The notes under the pieces were generated by a model. That model made no database searches. It saw nothing but the letters and a program-made list of their open reading frames with translations, and had not been told where the DNA came from. The position numbers and the translations under genes are program-made. Below are positions 11,593 through 25,734 of a DNA stretch of 64,000 bases, in pieces. The DNA lies in the NCBI RefSeq assembly GCF_009914755.1, contig NC_060932.1; one strand, 5' to 3'. The DNA is from the human T2T-CHM13v2.0 reference genome, Homo sapiens. Every line of letters starts with the position of its first letter. The first letter of the stretch is position 1.

Positions 11593-13859
11593 TGCTATAG
11601 AAAACACAGCATGGAAACCTTGTTAAAATCAGAGGCTTTGATTTTTTATTCTAAAGCTTTGAGTTATATGTTTAATCAGATACTATGTGAAAAATTTTCA
11701 TTAGGTACATATTGAAGTGTTCCATTCAAGTCTACAAGTATATCCTCCTAAGGATTTAGTTTAACATCCTTTCCCTGCTCCAACAAGGGAATGCTTTATT
11801 AGAGTTTCCTAGAAATAATGGGACTAATTAGGACCTTTCATATTACCTAGTCCAGCAGTCCAACCCATGTGGCTCCTTCAACAGCATCGCAGCCTAATGC
11901 TTTTAATTTAATTTTAAATTTTTAATGTTTTGCTGTGATTGCCTCTTCCACAGTTTGATTTTTTTGTACTGTATAATTCCATGTTAAGGTATTTAAAGCT
12001 TGAAAATCTTAGCATGATATAGCTACTTTGTTTTTTCATGTATTTTTAGCTCTGAAGTTGGAGATTCCAACCAGCTAATAAATGAGATCAGAGTCATGTG
12101 TTTTTTTGTTGTTGTTGCTCTATCACAATGTAAATGTGCCCCTAGGAAGCACCTGCTTCTATATGGTGCCTTACCCAAGGGAGTGTCTTCCTGGGGAAAA
12201 AAGTGTAGTTTTTCCAGCAGAAACTTGTGAGAGTGCAGAACCACAGAGGAGCAACAGTGTCTGAATAAAAAATTCCAGGGCAGGGAAGCAAAGTCTACCT
12301 GCAGAAAGGAAAGATTTTAGTAACTATCAAATCACAATTTTTCTTTTAAGATGAGTGACAAAATCAAGACCTTGCACTCCCCCATTTTGGGCTTACCCAA
12401 GCATCGAATAAAGCAGTAGAACTTACTTTGGTACTTGCGGGTGGCAGAGACACTTTCTACCTGTGTATGTGTTTTGGGAGCCGGCAGTCCTTCTAAAATT
12501 ATATTGCTGCCATGTAATGTCCCACCTACAAAATGGATGTGGCCTAAAGCCATTTAAACATTTAAATGAAAGAGCAGTTGCAGTGTCTTTTTCAGGTTAC
12601 CAGTTATACTGCCCAGAGGAAATCTTGGAGGGTATAAACCATTTTGTCACACTCTCCTAAATCCAGAGTAGCGATGGGAGATAATGGTTTATCCACCCAA
12701 AACAACCCTCTCAGTGGAGATTTCATAACCAAGGTTGCTAAATTGCCTGGTGACTATTAAATCTGGGCTTAGAAAGGCTTTGCTACTTGTGAGTTCAAGA
12801 TCTCACCCTCACCTTTGCATGTACATGACCTAATTTTATGAGTTCAAACAAACATGATTAGATCCCCAGGGTTTAGATTGATGATGGCCAGACTCACAAG
12901 GGAATAATAATAATGGCATGGAGTATTTTATTAATTCACAAATGAAAAATGTATCTTGACAGTTTGGCAGATGCAGATACTCTCCTAGCCAGTCGAGGAC
13001 CCTCTTTCTTATATCATAGCTGGAAATATGACAATAAATGATTGATCTCCAGCTTTCCCATTACAATATTCCCACCTAGCAGATCACCAGCTATCTGTTT
13101 CAGCCGTATTTATTTATTAGATGTGTTGGGAACAAGTAATCTTTGTTTGCAGCATCTTGTTTGATTTTTATGACCATGATTCTGCGAGATAGGACACAAG
13201 TGATTTCCATTTCACAGATTGGGAAATTGAGGCCAGAGCCTTTACTGCTAGTAGTGGACCTGGGTTTTGAATTCAGCTTTTAAGATTGCAGATCCAGAGC
13301 TCTTTGGAACATATTATACAGCTTTTCTCTCCAGGAAATTTGTGAATCCCTCTCTGTTGTTCACTATCTGAAGAGAAGACATATCAGAGGAAATAAAGGG
13401 TCTTAAAATGTTGCCAGAGCAGGGTGTGTGATGGGGGAAAGCATCGTCTTAAGTATCCTGTCATGTGATAGTAGTTTAAAAAATCAAAAAATACATCTTC
13501 CACATGTGTGAACTTGGCACATATTATTCTGAAGTATGAAATGTATTTTAGGAAGTTGAAACATCAGAAGTTTGGAAGCTTGCAGCATGATTTAGATATA
13601 AATTAATAGTCAAGCAAAAATCATCACTGGATAAGTGCAGTGGGATTGAAAACATTTTGCTTCCTCAATGCCTAGCTTCAGCTCATCAGTGAAAAATAAA
13701 GAAGGAGTAGACAAATTCAGTACTAGCCTTTGCATTCTGTCTCCACCTGAGTCATGCATGGTTGAGAAGAGGCAGGTGTGTGGAGGTGTGTGCGGCTGCC
13801 AGGGGCTCTGCGCCTGTTTTATGGTAGATAGAGGAGTTTTTAAGAGGCCTTTGTTGGTG

Positions 13860-14335
13860 ATCTCTGGCTGCATAACAAATTACTCCAAAACTGAAAACAA
13901 CGAACATCTCACATAGTCTTTGTAGTTGGGAAATTTGGGAGCTGGGTGGTGTGGCTCAGGTCACTTTTGAGAATGCTGTCAAGATGTCGGCTGGGACTGC
14001 AGTTGTTTAAAGACTTGACTGAGGCTCAAGAATCCTCTCCTAAGGCGGCTTACTCATTTGCCTGGGCTGTGAGTGCTGGCTGTTGGTGGGAGGCTGCAGT
14101 CCTCACCATGTGGACCACTGCTGGGTTGCTTGAGTATCCTCACAGCATGGCAGCTGGCTGCCCCAGAGTGAGTGATCCAAGAGCAAGCAAGATAGAAACT
14201 GCAGAGTCTTCTGTGACTTAGCCTCAAAAGTCACACTTATTTCCACAGTATCCTTTTGGTTACACAGGTCAGTCCAAGGGCATGTGTACCAGGAGGTGAG
14301 ACATATAGGGGCCGTCTTGGAGGCTGGCTACCACA
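13860..14335 (-). mobile_element. MLT1 (MaLR) solo LTR
   Basis: gctgcataacaaattactccaaaact...ggaggctggctaccaca. Confidence 0.7.
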
Positions 14336-15136
14336 AAGCCCTTTTCCACTTTTTAAAAAACTTGCATGAAAGGATATACAAGGGTATACATTCTTAGATG
14401 GCAAAGCTTTTCCCATTGCTTTCTTCCTTTGGCGTCTCTTCACTATGCCCTTCCTAACCCCACTCCTTCTTGCTGCCCTCTTTCTTAAACAGGAGCAGAA
14501 CTGGCTGAAGAAATTATATAGCCGCCTATTGGCTTGTGGTCCTGCCATGGATGTGTCTCATGCACCCAGCATGCTGGCTGAGATTGCTCTGTCTGGAGGC
14601 CCCTCTCTTGCTGAACATTCCTCCCTCTTCTTCTTTATCCAGCATCAGCTTCTCAGCTCCATGTGGGTGGTTGCTACTTTGTGAGAGAGGCAGTTGGTAT
14701 TTTGAATTTTCCAGTAATTATTTCTGAAGAGATGCACATTATGGTTGTTTGGCAGCAACAGATTGAAGTTACACAATCCCAGATCTCTGCACAGGAGCCC
14801 CATCTGTTAGCACGTGCTCTTTCCCCCCTTGCTCTTCCTGCCAGAATAGGCTGGGGATGGGGGAGAAGTTTTGTGGGGAGGGCCTTCTATGATTTCTGTC
14901 TGTGGAAGGGGATTTCTACTCTGTCTAAAATATAACCTCAAACAAATCCAGATGGTTCCAGAACCCATGGGCATCTCATGAGTGAGAAGAGAAGACACAT
15001 TCATTGCTGGATTGGCTTCTCTGGAGGAGGCTTTGGCTTCCTGGTGGGTGGACACTTCCTGATAAGCAAGTCCCATCCTCTTACCTTATAATCTTGGCCT
15101 TTAGAGATACGGTTTGGGTCTCTTTTTATTTTTCTT

Positions 15137-15297
15137 CCTTTTTTTTTTTTTAGAGACAGGGTCTTGCTGTGTTGCCCAGGCTGGAGTGTGGTGGTACAAT
15201 CATAGCTCACTGCAGCCTCAACTCCCAGTCTTAAGGGATCCTCCTGACTCAGCCTTCCGAGTAGCTGGGACTACAGGCGTGTACCACTACACCTGGC
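15137..15297 (-). mobile_element. Alu right monomer / partial Alu
   Basis: Poly-T plus one reverse Alu monomer. Confidence 0.8.
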
Positions 15298-15614
15298 TTG
15301 GGTGTCTTTTTAAATAAAATAGCATAAAGTGCTGTTTTGGAAATTTGAAGTGCTTTCTTCATCCTTAGTACAAACTTTTTTCAGTTTACCAAGTGGTTTT
15401 CCAGATTATTCTTTACCTGTAGAGTCTTAGGTTTTAGGGGGAGCCTCTCTCAGGAGTTAGAGGCTTATCTCAGGAGAACAGCAGTGTAGCTGGTGCCCTG
15501 TCTCTTAAAAAAGCAATGAAATTTGCCCTACCGTGACTTCTGGGTAATGTTTTTGTTTGGGGGTTTTTTGGAGGTTAGGAAGGGGTTTAAACAGGTAGTT
15601 TGTTGTCTGGGTTC

Positions 15615-15617
<3 letters not shown>

Positions 15618-15665
<48 letters not shown>
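15618..15665. repeat. (TG)n microsatellite
   Basis: Direct reading, about 20 uninterrupted units. Confidence 0.95.
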
Positions 15666-15667
<2 letters not shown>

Positions 15668-16904
15668 TTTTCTGCTTTGGTTGGTGAGACAGCTTAAAAC
15701 TATGATGTACCTAAGAGGATGGTCTGCCTTGACTCACCCACTCAGAATCCTGCTGACCCACCCCTCTCCCATGCTTCCGGGGATCCTGGGCCCCAGCAGT
15801 TATTGGGGAAATGTGAGCTATGCAGCCCATACCCTTAGATTGTATCCCGCATTCCTGGAAAAGGGCCTATTGTACGGTTGTTCCAACCCTGGACAATAAA
15901 TTGTGTACTTCTCCATTTTAAGGCTGATGACTAAGTGAGAACGAACATATATAAAATACACTTCAACTTTGGAGGAATCAGAGAGACTGGGAACCCAAAG
16001 ACATGAAACTGGGGGAAAAAAACACTCAAATTTTGGACTTTTAGCATTAATGCTAATATACATCTGATTAACAGTCTCCTCAGGGCAGACCACTTGAGCA
16101 GAAAGGGTTGGTGCCAGAATCACGCTTGTTTCCCTCCTGAAGCCCTTGATTCAGTGTGGGGGAGGAGAGCTGGGAGGGCAAGACCAAGGCACGGAAAGGA
16201 GGAGTGGGACCTTCAGGGCAAAGGGCCAAGGGAAGAGCTATGCCAAGCCATCCCCCAGCCGTTAGCCTAGAGCTGAGCTGCGGCATCACTGAACAATTAG
16301 CTAGGCCTTCTCAGTATGCGACAGATGAGGTGAGGAGGAGTCCTTTATGTATCAGACACTTGCCCTGCAGTGGGCACTGATTGAGCATCAGCTCTGTCTT
16401 GGACGCTCAGTTTCTGCTCCCAGGGATACAAAGAGTAAGGCCCCTGTGGGGCTCCGAGTCTGGAGGGAGCTAGCCCTGTCCTGTTTCCCAGACCTCTTGG
16501 CCGCCTTGGCATCCCAAGAAGTTTTAGCAGCAAAAGATAGGGAATTTGTGAGGGAAGAAATTCCCCCGCAAATCTGGAGGTCAAATGTTAAAAGGAAGAA
16601 GGCAAATGTTAAAAGTTAGAATTTTAAAAATCCCCCTGCCCACAAAGTAAAAAAAGCCTTTTGGGCTTGACAATTATAACTCTAGGATGTTTCATATACC
16701 ATACTTGGCTACATCTGTTGTGGAAAAGAGGGATGATGTCATTTTTTTCACCTCTTTCTGTAAATAGAATTTATGTAGCACATGTGGGCTTCCTCAAGAG
16801 AAATTTAAAACCCCAAATTGATGGGATGGTGAGACCTACCACCTCTCTCAAGCATGTGTCTCTCCAAGTGACACACATAAGACACTATTTAAAGCATGTA
16901 CTTT

Positions 16905-17168
16905 GGATGTGTGTGCTGGCTCACTCCTGTAATCCCAGCACTTTGGGAGGCCAAAGCAGGAGGATTGCTTGAGACCAGCCTGGGCAACAAAATGAGACCC
17001 CGACTCTACCAAAAACAAACAAACAAAAAATTAGCAGGGCATGATGGCTTGTGCCTTTAGTCCCAGCTGCTCAGAAGGCTAAGGTGGGAGGATCACTTGA
17101 GCTTGGGAGGTTGAGGCTCCAGTGAGCCGTAATCGCCCCACTGTACTCCAGCCTGAACAACAGAGCAA
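16905..17168 (+). mobile_element. Old Alu (J-type)
   Basis: Diverged dimeric Alu. Confidence 0.8.
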
Positions 17169-18920
17169 ATCTGTGTGGTATAGTTGAACATTTTATTAGA
17201 AATCACAGGACATTCCTCCTGCTCCATTTCCCTCGGGTCTGAGCCTCCATGTTCTTTTTTAAAAATAGTTTTATTGAGATATAGTTTACCTGCCATACAA
17301 TTCACCATTTAAAAGCTTTATGATAGTTTTTAATTTATCGACAGAGTTGTACAACTATTATCTCAATTTAATTTTTAGAACATTTTATCACCCCCAAAGG
17401 AAACCCTATACCCATTAGGTGTCACACTCCATTCCTCTTCCTTCCCACCACCAGTCCTAGGTAACTGATGATCTAGTTTGTGTCTCAATAGATTTGATTA
17501 TCTAAACGTTTCATGTAAGTGGAGTAGTAGAATATGTAGTCTTGTATGACTGAATCAGTTCACTAACCATGTTTTCAAGGTTCAGCTATGTTGTAGCAAG
17601 TATCGGGACTTTATTCCTTTTTTATTGTTGAACAATACCCCATTTTATTGATATACTATATTTTATTTACCCGTTTATTGGTTGACGGACATTTGGGTTA
17701 TTTACACTTTTGGCTATGATGAATAATGCTGCTATGAACATTCACATCATGGATTTATGTTTTCATTTCTCGGGTATATAACTAGGAGTAGAATTGCTAG
17801 GCCATATGGTAACTTCATGTCAAACATTTTGAGGTACTGCCAAACTTTTTCAAACTGGCTGCACTATTTTACATTTCTGCCAGTAGTATTTGAGCGTTTC
17901 AATTTCTCCATATCCTCTCCAACACTTCTTATTGTCTGTCTGTTTGGTTATAGCCATGCCAGTAGGTGTGGAGTAGTTTTGATTTGCATTTGGTTTTCAT
18001 TTGCATTTCCCTAATGGCTGATGATATTGAGCAACTTTTCATGTAGCTATTGGGTATTTGTATATATTCTTTAGAGAAATGTCTATTCAGATTCTTTCCC
18101 CACTTTTTAATTAGGTTATTTATCTTTTTTATCACTAAGTTATATATTCTAGATGCAAATTCCTTATTAGATATGTGACTAAATATTTTCTTCCATTGTC
18201 TTTTCATTTCTTGATGGTGTCATTTGAAGTGCAAAAGTTCTTAATTTTGATAACGTTCAGTTTACTTGTTTTGTCTCTTATGCCTTGATGTCATGTATAA
18301 GAAGATTTTGCCTAACCCACAATCACAAAGATTTACTTCTTTGTCTTAACAGTTTTATAGTTTGAGCTCTTACATTTAGATTTGTGATCCATTTTGAGTC
18401 AGTTTCTGCATATGGTGTAAGGGAGTAGTCTAGCTTCATTCTTTTGCATGTGGATATCCAGTTGTCCCAGCACCATTTGTCAAAAAGACTATTCTTTTCC
18501 CTATACAATTAACTTTGCACCCTTGTCAAAAATCAGTTGGCCATAGGTACAAGTATTGATTTGTAAACTCTTAATTTTGTTTCTCTGATCTATATGTCTC
18601 TCGTTATGCTGGTACCACCACACTGTCTTGATTACTATAGCTTTGTAGTAAGTTTTGAAATCAAGAAGTATGAGGCCTCCAAATTTGTTCATTTTTTCAA
18701 GATTGTTTTAGCTATTCTGAGTCCATTGCATTTCTATATGAATTTTAGAATCAGTCTGTTAATTTTTGCAAAGAAGGCAGCTGGGATTTTGATATGGATT
18801 GTATTCAATCTGTAAATAAATTTGGGAAGTATTGCTGTCTTAACAATATTAAATCTTCCAATTCATGAACATGGGGTGTCTTCCATTTATTTAGGTTTTC
18901 TTTAATTGCTTCAAGCAATG

Positions 18921-19228
18921 TTTTTTGTTGTTGTTGTTTGTTTGTTTTTTGAGACATGGTCTTGCTGTGTCACCCAAGCTGGATTGCAGTGATGCAAGCA
19001 TGGCTCACTGCAGCCTCAACCTCCCAGGCTTAGACAGTCCTGCCCAGCCTCTCTAGTAGCTGGAATCACAGGTGCATGCCACCACGACCGGGTAATTTTT
19101 AAATTATTTGTAGAGAGAGGGTTTCCCTATGGTGCCCAGGCTGGTTTCCAACTCCTGAGCTTAAGTCATCCTCCTGTCTGCTGCTCCCAAAGTGCTAAGA
19201 TTACAGGTGTGAGCCACTGCTCCTGGCC
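18921..19228 (-). mobile_element. Alu (J-type) inside L1
   Basis: Reverse dimeric Alu with (TTTG)n tail. Confidence 0.85.
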
Positions 19229-19250
19229 TTGCAGTTTTTATAGTATAAGT

Positions 19251-20008
19251 TGTCTCAGTCCGTTTTGTATTGCTGTAAAGCAGGGGTCCCCAACCCCTGG
19301 GCCTATTAGGAATGGGCCACACAGCAGGAGGTGAGCAGCAGGGTGAACGAGCATTACTGCCTGAGCTCCACCTCCTCTCAGATCAGCGATGGCATTAGAT
19401 TCTCATAGGAGTGCGAACCCTGTTGTGAAAGGCACATACCGGGGATCTAGGTTTTGCACTCCTTGTGAGAATCTAATGCCTGATGATCTGAGCTGGAACA
19501 GTTTTATCCCAAAACCATACCCCTACCTCCCATCTCCCCGGTCCATGGAAAAATTGTCTTCCATGAAACCGGTCCCTGGTGCCAAAAAGGTTGGGGACCA
19601 CTGCTGTAAAGGAATACCTGAGGCTGGGTAATTCTAAAGAAAAAAGGTTTATTTGGCTCACAATTCTATAGGCTGTAGTAGAAGCATGGCACAGGCATCT
19701 GTTTCTGGTGAGGGCATCAGGGAGCTTCCAATTATGGCAGAAGGCAAAGGTGGAGCAGGTGTGTCACATGGTGAGAGACGAGAAGGAGAAAGAGAGAAAG
19801 AGAAAAGGAGGCGCTGGGCTCTTTAATAATCAGATCTGAGGAGAGCTAATAGAATGAGAACTCACTCATTACCTTCAGGACAGCAACAAGCCGTTCATGA
19901 GGGATCCACCCCCGTGACCCAGACACCTCCCACTAGGCCTCACCTACAACACTGGGAATCAAATTTTAACATGAGATTTGCAGGGGACAAATATCCGAAC
20001 TACATCAA
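19251..20008 (-). mobile_element. MST (MaLR) solo LTR inside L1
   Basis: tgctgtaaaggaatacctgaggctggg...catgagatttg; closely resembles the copy at 44688-45097. Confidence 0.8.
19281..19603 (+). mobile_element. MER1B-like hAT-Charlie element inside MST
   Basis: TIRs CAGGGGTCCCCAACC / GGTTGGGGACCACTG; perfect 8-bp TSD ctgtaaag (19273-19280, 19604-19611). Confidence 0.9.
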
Positions 20009-21318
20009 CATCTTATATTTCTTTTGTTAAATTATTTCCTAAATATTTTATTTTTTGATACTGTTATAAATGGAATTGTTTTCTTAATTTTTTTTGGAAT
20101 TTTCATTGCAAGTGTGTAGAAATACAATTGATTTTTACACATTGATCTTGCATCCTATAGCCTTGTTGGTTTCATTTATAGTTTTTTGGTGGATTCCGTA
20201 GGACTTTCTATATGAAAGATTATGTCATCTGCAAATAGAGATAGTTTTACTTCCTTTCCAATAGGGATACCTTTTATTTCTTTTCTTGCCAGTTACCTTG
20301 GTTAAAACTTCTAGAACAGTGTTGAGTAGAAGTCGCAAGAGCTGACATTTTTGTCTCGTTCTTGACCTTAGGGTGAAAACATTCAGTCTTTTATCATTAA
20401 GTATGACGTCAGCTGTGAGTTTTTCATAAATGCCCTTTATTGAGGAAGTTCTCTTCTAGTCCTAGTTTGCTTAGTGTTTTTATCATAAAAGAGTGTTGGA
20501 TTTTGTCAAATGCTTTTTCTGTGTGTATTGAGATGATCATGTGTGTTTTGTCCTCTGTTCTGTTGATTGTTGTGTATTATATTAATTGATTTTCAGATGT
20601 TAAAGCAACCTTGCATTCCTGGGATAGATCCTGTTTGTTTGTGGTGTATAATCCTTTTTATGTGTTGCTGGATTTGGTTTACTAGTATTCTGTTGAGGAT
20701 TTTTGCATCTATATTCAATAAAAGATGCTGGTCTGTAGTTTTTTTTTCCCCCTTGTGATTCCTTTGTTTGGTTTTGGCACCAGAGTAATATTGGCATGAT
20801 GGAGTGAGTTGGAAAGTGCTTCTTCCCTCGGTATTTTTTGGAAAAGTTTACAAGCAATTGGTATTAATTCTTTAAATGTTTGGTAGAATTCATCAGTCTG
20901 GTCCAGGTCTTTTCTTTGGAGGAAGTTTTAAATTTACCAGTTTAATCTCTGCCTGTTTTAGATTCATTCAGATTTTCTGTTTCCTCTTGAGTTGGTTTCA
21001 GTAGTTTGTGTCTTTCTTGGAATTGATCTATTTTATCGAAATTGTCTAATTTGTTAGCTTACAGTTACTTATAGTATTTTTTCTTATTTTTTAATGGCAT
21101 TAATAAGCCCTACTGTGCCTTTTACACAGGGTTGATTTGAGGATCAAGTTAGGTAATGTTTATGGAAGTGCTTTGAAGGCTATATAAGTATGAAGTATTT
21201 TATTTGTTCTAAATTTTTAATTATAGGAAAACAGTTGTTCTAGAACAAATTTTCATTAAATTTCTTTGCATTTTTCACACTCAATGTCAAGAGTAGCCCA
21301 CTGTTAGCACTGTTGCAA

Positions 21319-21881
<563 letters not shown>

Positions 21882-22678
21882 AACTGTCTACAGTTTATGA
21901 AGTTAACATTTGTGATTTGCTCCTCTTTTGTGAGTTGCACTTGAGGGGAGAGATTATTGCCCTTGTTACCAAAGGAATATGAACTAAGATTGAGTTGAAA
22001 GGGCAATTAAAGTGATTTTTGGACCTATTTCCCTATTTCTTGAGAGATAGCAGAACATAGATCCTATAGTATCAGGCTCAAAGGGCATCAGTGCCCCATT
22101 AGAAAGTCATCTTTGGGCTCTGACCCATTTGTTCCTGGCTAGCATTGAGAGCAGCTGTTTCCTTTCCTCCCTGAGGAATCACTGAGCGTGGTCTATTCTT
22201 TGGCTTCCTAACCTCTCTCATAGCACATACCTTAGATGAATTATCTGCATTCCCACCTCTTCCCAGCTTACTTCTAAGTCAATAATAAAGGTCCTTTAAA
22301 AACACAAATCAGTTGGCTTTCAAAAATAAAGCATCATTTTTTCTAGAGCTTTCTTCTTTTGCTGAATACGAAAACAAATGTAAAAAGGAAGTAACTCATT
22401 GAGAAAGGGAAGCTGGTGACACAGGAAATGACTCCTTTAAAAGCAGAAGTCCAGCTGCAGGGTTTTCTGTGCAAATGTGTTGTGGGCCTTGAGGTGGCAG
22501 TCCTATGAGGCGGTGGTAGGGCTTTCCCCTGATTCAGTACTCAGCTGGTCCCAAGGGGCTTTGAGTGTGGCTTTTGCCTCCTTAACTGGATGCTGAATAG
22601 GCTCCTTGCACTTATTTTGGGACTCCGTTGTGCCTGTGCCCAGCACAGGGTGTGCTGCTGGTGGTAAGGACCTGTGCT

Positions 22679-22718
22679 TGGTTGGTTGGTTGCTTGGTTG
22701 GTTGGTTGGTTGGTTGGT
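22679..22718. repeat. (GGTT)n microsatellite
   Basis: Direct reading. Confidence 0.9.
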
Positions 22719-23467
22719 GATCTGAGAAGATAACTCTGTGGTTCAATTTTAGGGCTTCAGGTCCTGGCAAAACTGCCAGTTTAAATGAATTACAGAGTGC
22801 CGACATTGAACATCTGGTTTGGATCTTTATTAGAATTTCTTAATACTATGGCTTACAGTCAATTGCTTTTATATGTTTGTAAAATTTCACCATTAGTGCT
22901 GAGCCTTCCAAATTTGTGGCATCCTTTGTGTGTCTTATGTGGCCCTTAGTGGCAGAGATGCACACTTGGGGCTTGGATTCAGCAATCTAGGCCACTGCCT
23001 TGGTAACCAGGGCTTCTATTCTCTAGTTGTCAGAGGCTTGCTTAGTATAAGACATATTGCAACCTGGGCAGTTGTGTGAAGCTGTGAGGTCACCTCCACT
23101 AATGAGGACAGAGTAGAGGAGCGAGGGGATAATTCTATCTGTTTGAGATACCTGGCCCCAGTGTGGTCGTGTGGGTTCCCTGTCTGACTTCTGGGTGCTC
23201 AGAAGCATGGCCCCGGGGGTCTGTAGAGACATGCCATCTGCTTCCATCCTGGCTCCATGCCTGCCTGCTCTCAGTGGTGTGACAGTACAGAGCAATGACC
23301 TTGACTCCGTCATGCCATCAGCAGGAACCCTGGAGCCCTTCCCTGGTTTATGGTCCACTTGGGTTTTCTCAGGTTCATCCTGTGAATGAAGAGAAATTGG
23401 ATGAACGAAGATAGCTCTAGAATTAATTGAGGGGGGGCTCTCTAGCATGATTGAGTCATGGTCTGCC

Positions 23468-23470
23468 TGT

Positions 23471-23506
<36 letters not shown>

Positions 23507-23530
23507 AAGAGAGAGAGGGAGAGAGAGAGA
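23468..23530. repeat. (TG)n(AG)n compound microsatellite
   Basis: Direct reading. Confidence 0.95.
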
Positions 23531-23747
23531 AAATAAATTCCATCCCTCTGTCTTGGGAGGAGAAAGAGGGATGGGGCTGGCTAGGTTGAGGATGGGGTCC
23601 TGTGATGAAATGGAAGCAGAGGAGAAGTGGGTAGAAGGGGACTTGGTTTTGGGTAAGAAGATATTTTTGTGCTTACTAAGAAGGATTCTAGGCCTGTTTC
23701 TTACTGCTCAGTAGACTGTGTTCATGTATCAGTGGCTAACCTGTACT

Positions 23748-24325
23748 TGTGGAATATGCGGTTCTCTTCTATACCAGTTCTCTGATTCTCCAGCCCCAGC
23801 TGGGTTTTCAAAAACTCAGTTCTATTCTGATACTTACTTCCTCGAGTTAGCCTCAGACTCCACAGGCTTAAGGGCTCAATCTCACAAAACTGCTCTCGCT
23901 TCAGATGCTAATTGCAAGTCCCAGATCCCAGTCATCTGCACTTGTGTCTGACTTGGCTACAAATTTTGGAGTTTTCATACCCTCGTCCAGGTTTGATAAT
24001 TCATTAGAATAACTCCGAGAATTCAGGAAAATGCTAAAGTTTACTGGTTTGTTATAAAGGATACAACTCAGAAATAGCCACATGGAAGAGCTGGGTGTAA
24101 GGAGTGTGCAGAGCTTCCATGCCCTCTCTGGGAATGCCATTCTCCATGCACATCTAAGCGTTTGCCAGCCCACAAGCTCTCTGAAGCTCATACTTCCGAG
24201 AGTTTTTATAACTTGGTCTTCAGCCCCCTTCCCTTCCCCAGAGATGGAGGTGGAGAGGGCTGAAAATTCCCATCTTCTAATCATGCATTTGGTCTTTCTG
24301 GTCGTCAGCCCCCATCCTGAAGCCA
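23748..24325 (-). mobile_element. MER21-like ERV solo LTR
   Basis: Colinear similarity with 33385-34125 (e.g. aaggatacaactcag, gcagagcttcca); family name from memory. Confidence 0.65.
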
Positions 24326-25439
24326 CTTGGATATGAGATATTGTTTATGTGTTTTGAGGTCAGAAAGAGAGCCAGCGTGTGTATGTGAGAATACAGGAGA
24401 CTTGTCCAAATTCTGGCAGCTTTCTCAATTATATGTCAGCTGTCTAGAAACCCGTAAAAAGGGCTGTCTATCTAAAGGAGAGGAAGTGGTGGACGAATCT
24501 GAAAGGAGCTCTTAGACAATGTTTTGCCATACAGTTAAAATCTGGGAGGGAAAAGTCAAGCATAGCTGAGAATAATGCCAAATCTGAAGTGTTAATGCAC
24601 ATTGTTTTCCAAGTGGTTGCTGTTTTATCTCTTCTTAAATGAGATTCTACATGTAAAAGCAGCTAACCAGTTGATTCTCAGTATGTTAGCTGAATACATT
24701 TCTCTGAAGTTTCAAAAATATTTTGTGATAACATTTCCCCTCTTCTAAGACTTTCAAGTTTTTTCATAGATTTGAATTTTAACCCAGTATATTTTCAACA
24801 TAACAGGGTACAAACTAGAATATTAAGCTGTTTCCCTCAATCCTTAAAATTTTGCATTCCATACCTTTTCTTTTAAAAATACAGAGAGGGAGAGAACTCT
24901 TTTTACTGCAAATAGTCTTTATCCTGAATAAGCATAAAAAGCATCTACTGTTTAAGATCACCCGTGGGCGATTCACACAACCTTTTAGATTTAGGGAAGG
25001 CTGACTATTGAAAGGAAGAGTTTCATTAACAGCAACAAATGGGCCAGAAGTGGAAATTTTGGTCTATTTGTGGATTTCCTCTGTGTTTGCTTTTAATTCA
25101 TCTACTGATCTAATCTCTGTCTGTATTCACCAAGCCGCCAGGCAATGCTGTGCTTGTCAGAATCAAACTCATCAAACTCCTTCTAGAGAGAGAGCCTTTC
25201 AGTGCCCTGGAAGAAGGTTTTTAGGGAACACAGGATTTCTGTAAAAATGGAAAGGCACATGAAGGTAGGTTAGTTACGTAACAGTGCTTTCAGATGAAAA
25301 GCAAGGCCTGACAGCTGTGGCCCAAACTCTTCATTATGGGAGATTGGGACCTGGAGCCTACTGAGGATCTGGGTATGTAACTTCTTATAAAAGTGACTTG
25401 TGGTGTGATACTTGAAGTTTAGGTTCTTTCCTTTCCTTT

Positions 25440-25734
25440 TTCTTTTCATTTCCCAGGGACTTGCTCTGTTGTCCAGGCTGGAGTGCAGTGGTGTGATCAT
25501 AGATTACCGCAGCCTCCAACTTCTGGACTCAAGTGGTCCTCCCATCTCAGCCTCCTGAATAGCTGGAACTACAAGCATGTGCCACCACACTTGGCTAATT
25601 TACTTTTATTTTTTGTAGAGATGGGTTTTCACCATGTTTCCCAGGTTGATCTTGAACTCCTGGGCTCAAGGAACACCCCCTTCTTTGGCCTCCCAAAGTG
25701 TTGGGATTACAGGCGTGAGCTGCTGGTCCTGGCC
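25440..25734 (-). mobile_element. Alu (J-type)
   Basis: Diverged reverse dimeric Alu. Confidence 0.85.

Larger units (their letters stand above)
17250..21080 (-). mobile_element. Old L1 (L1M-type) 3' portion with decayed ORF2, interrupted by Alu, MST and MER1
   Basis: Minus-strand fragments LFDKWCWDNWISTCKRMKLD and GGLILLDFKTYYKAIVIKTVW are L1 ORF2 motifs, broken by stops and frameshifts. Confidence 0.9.

Noticed and set aside
17929-20857. L1 ORF2-like peptides
   Set aside because: Fragmented fossil L1 with stops, frameshifts and nested insertions; not an active element or a gene.
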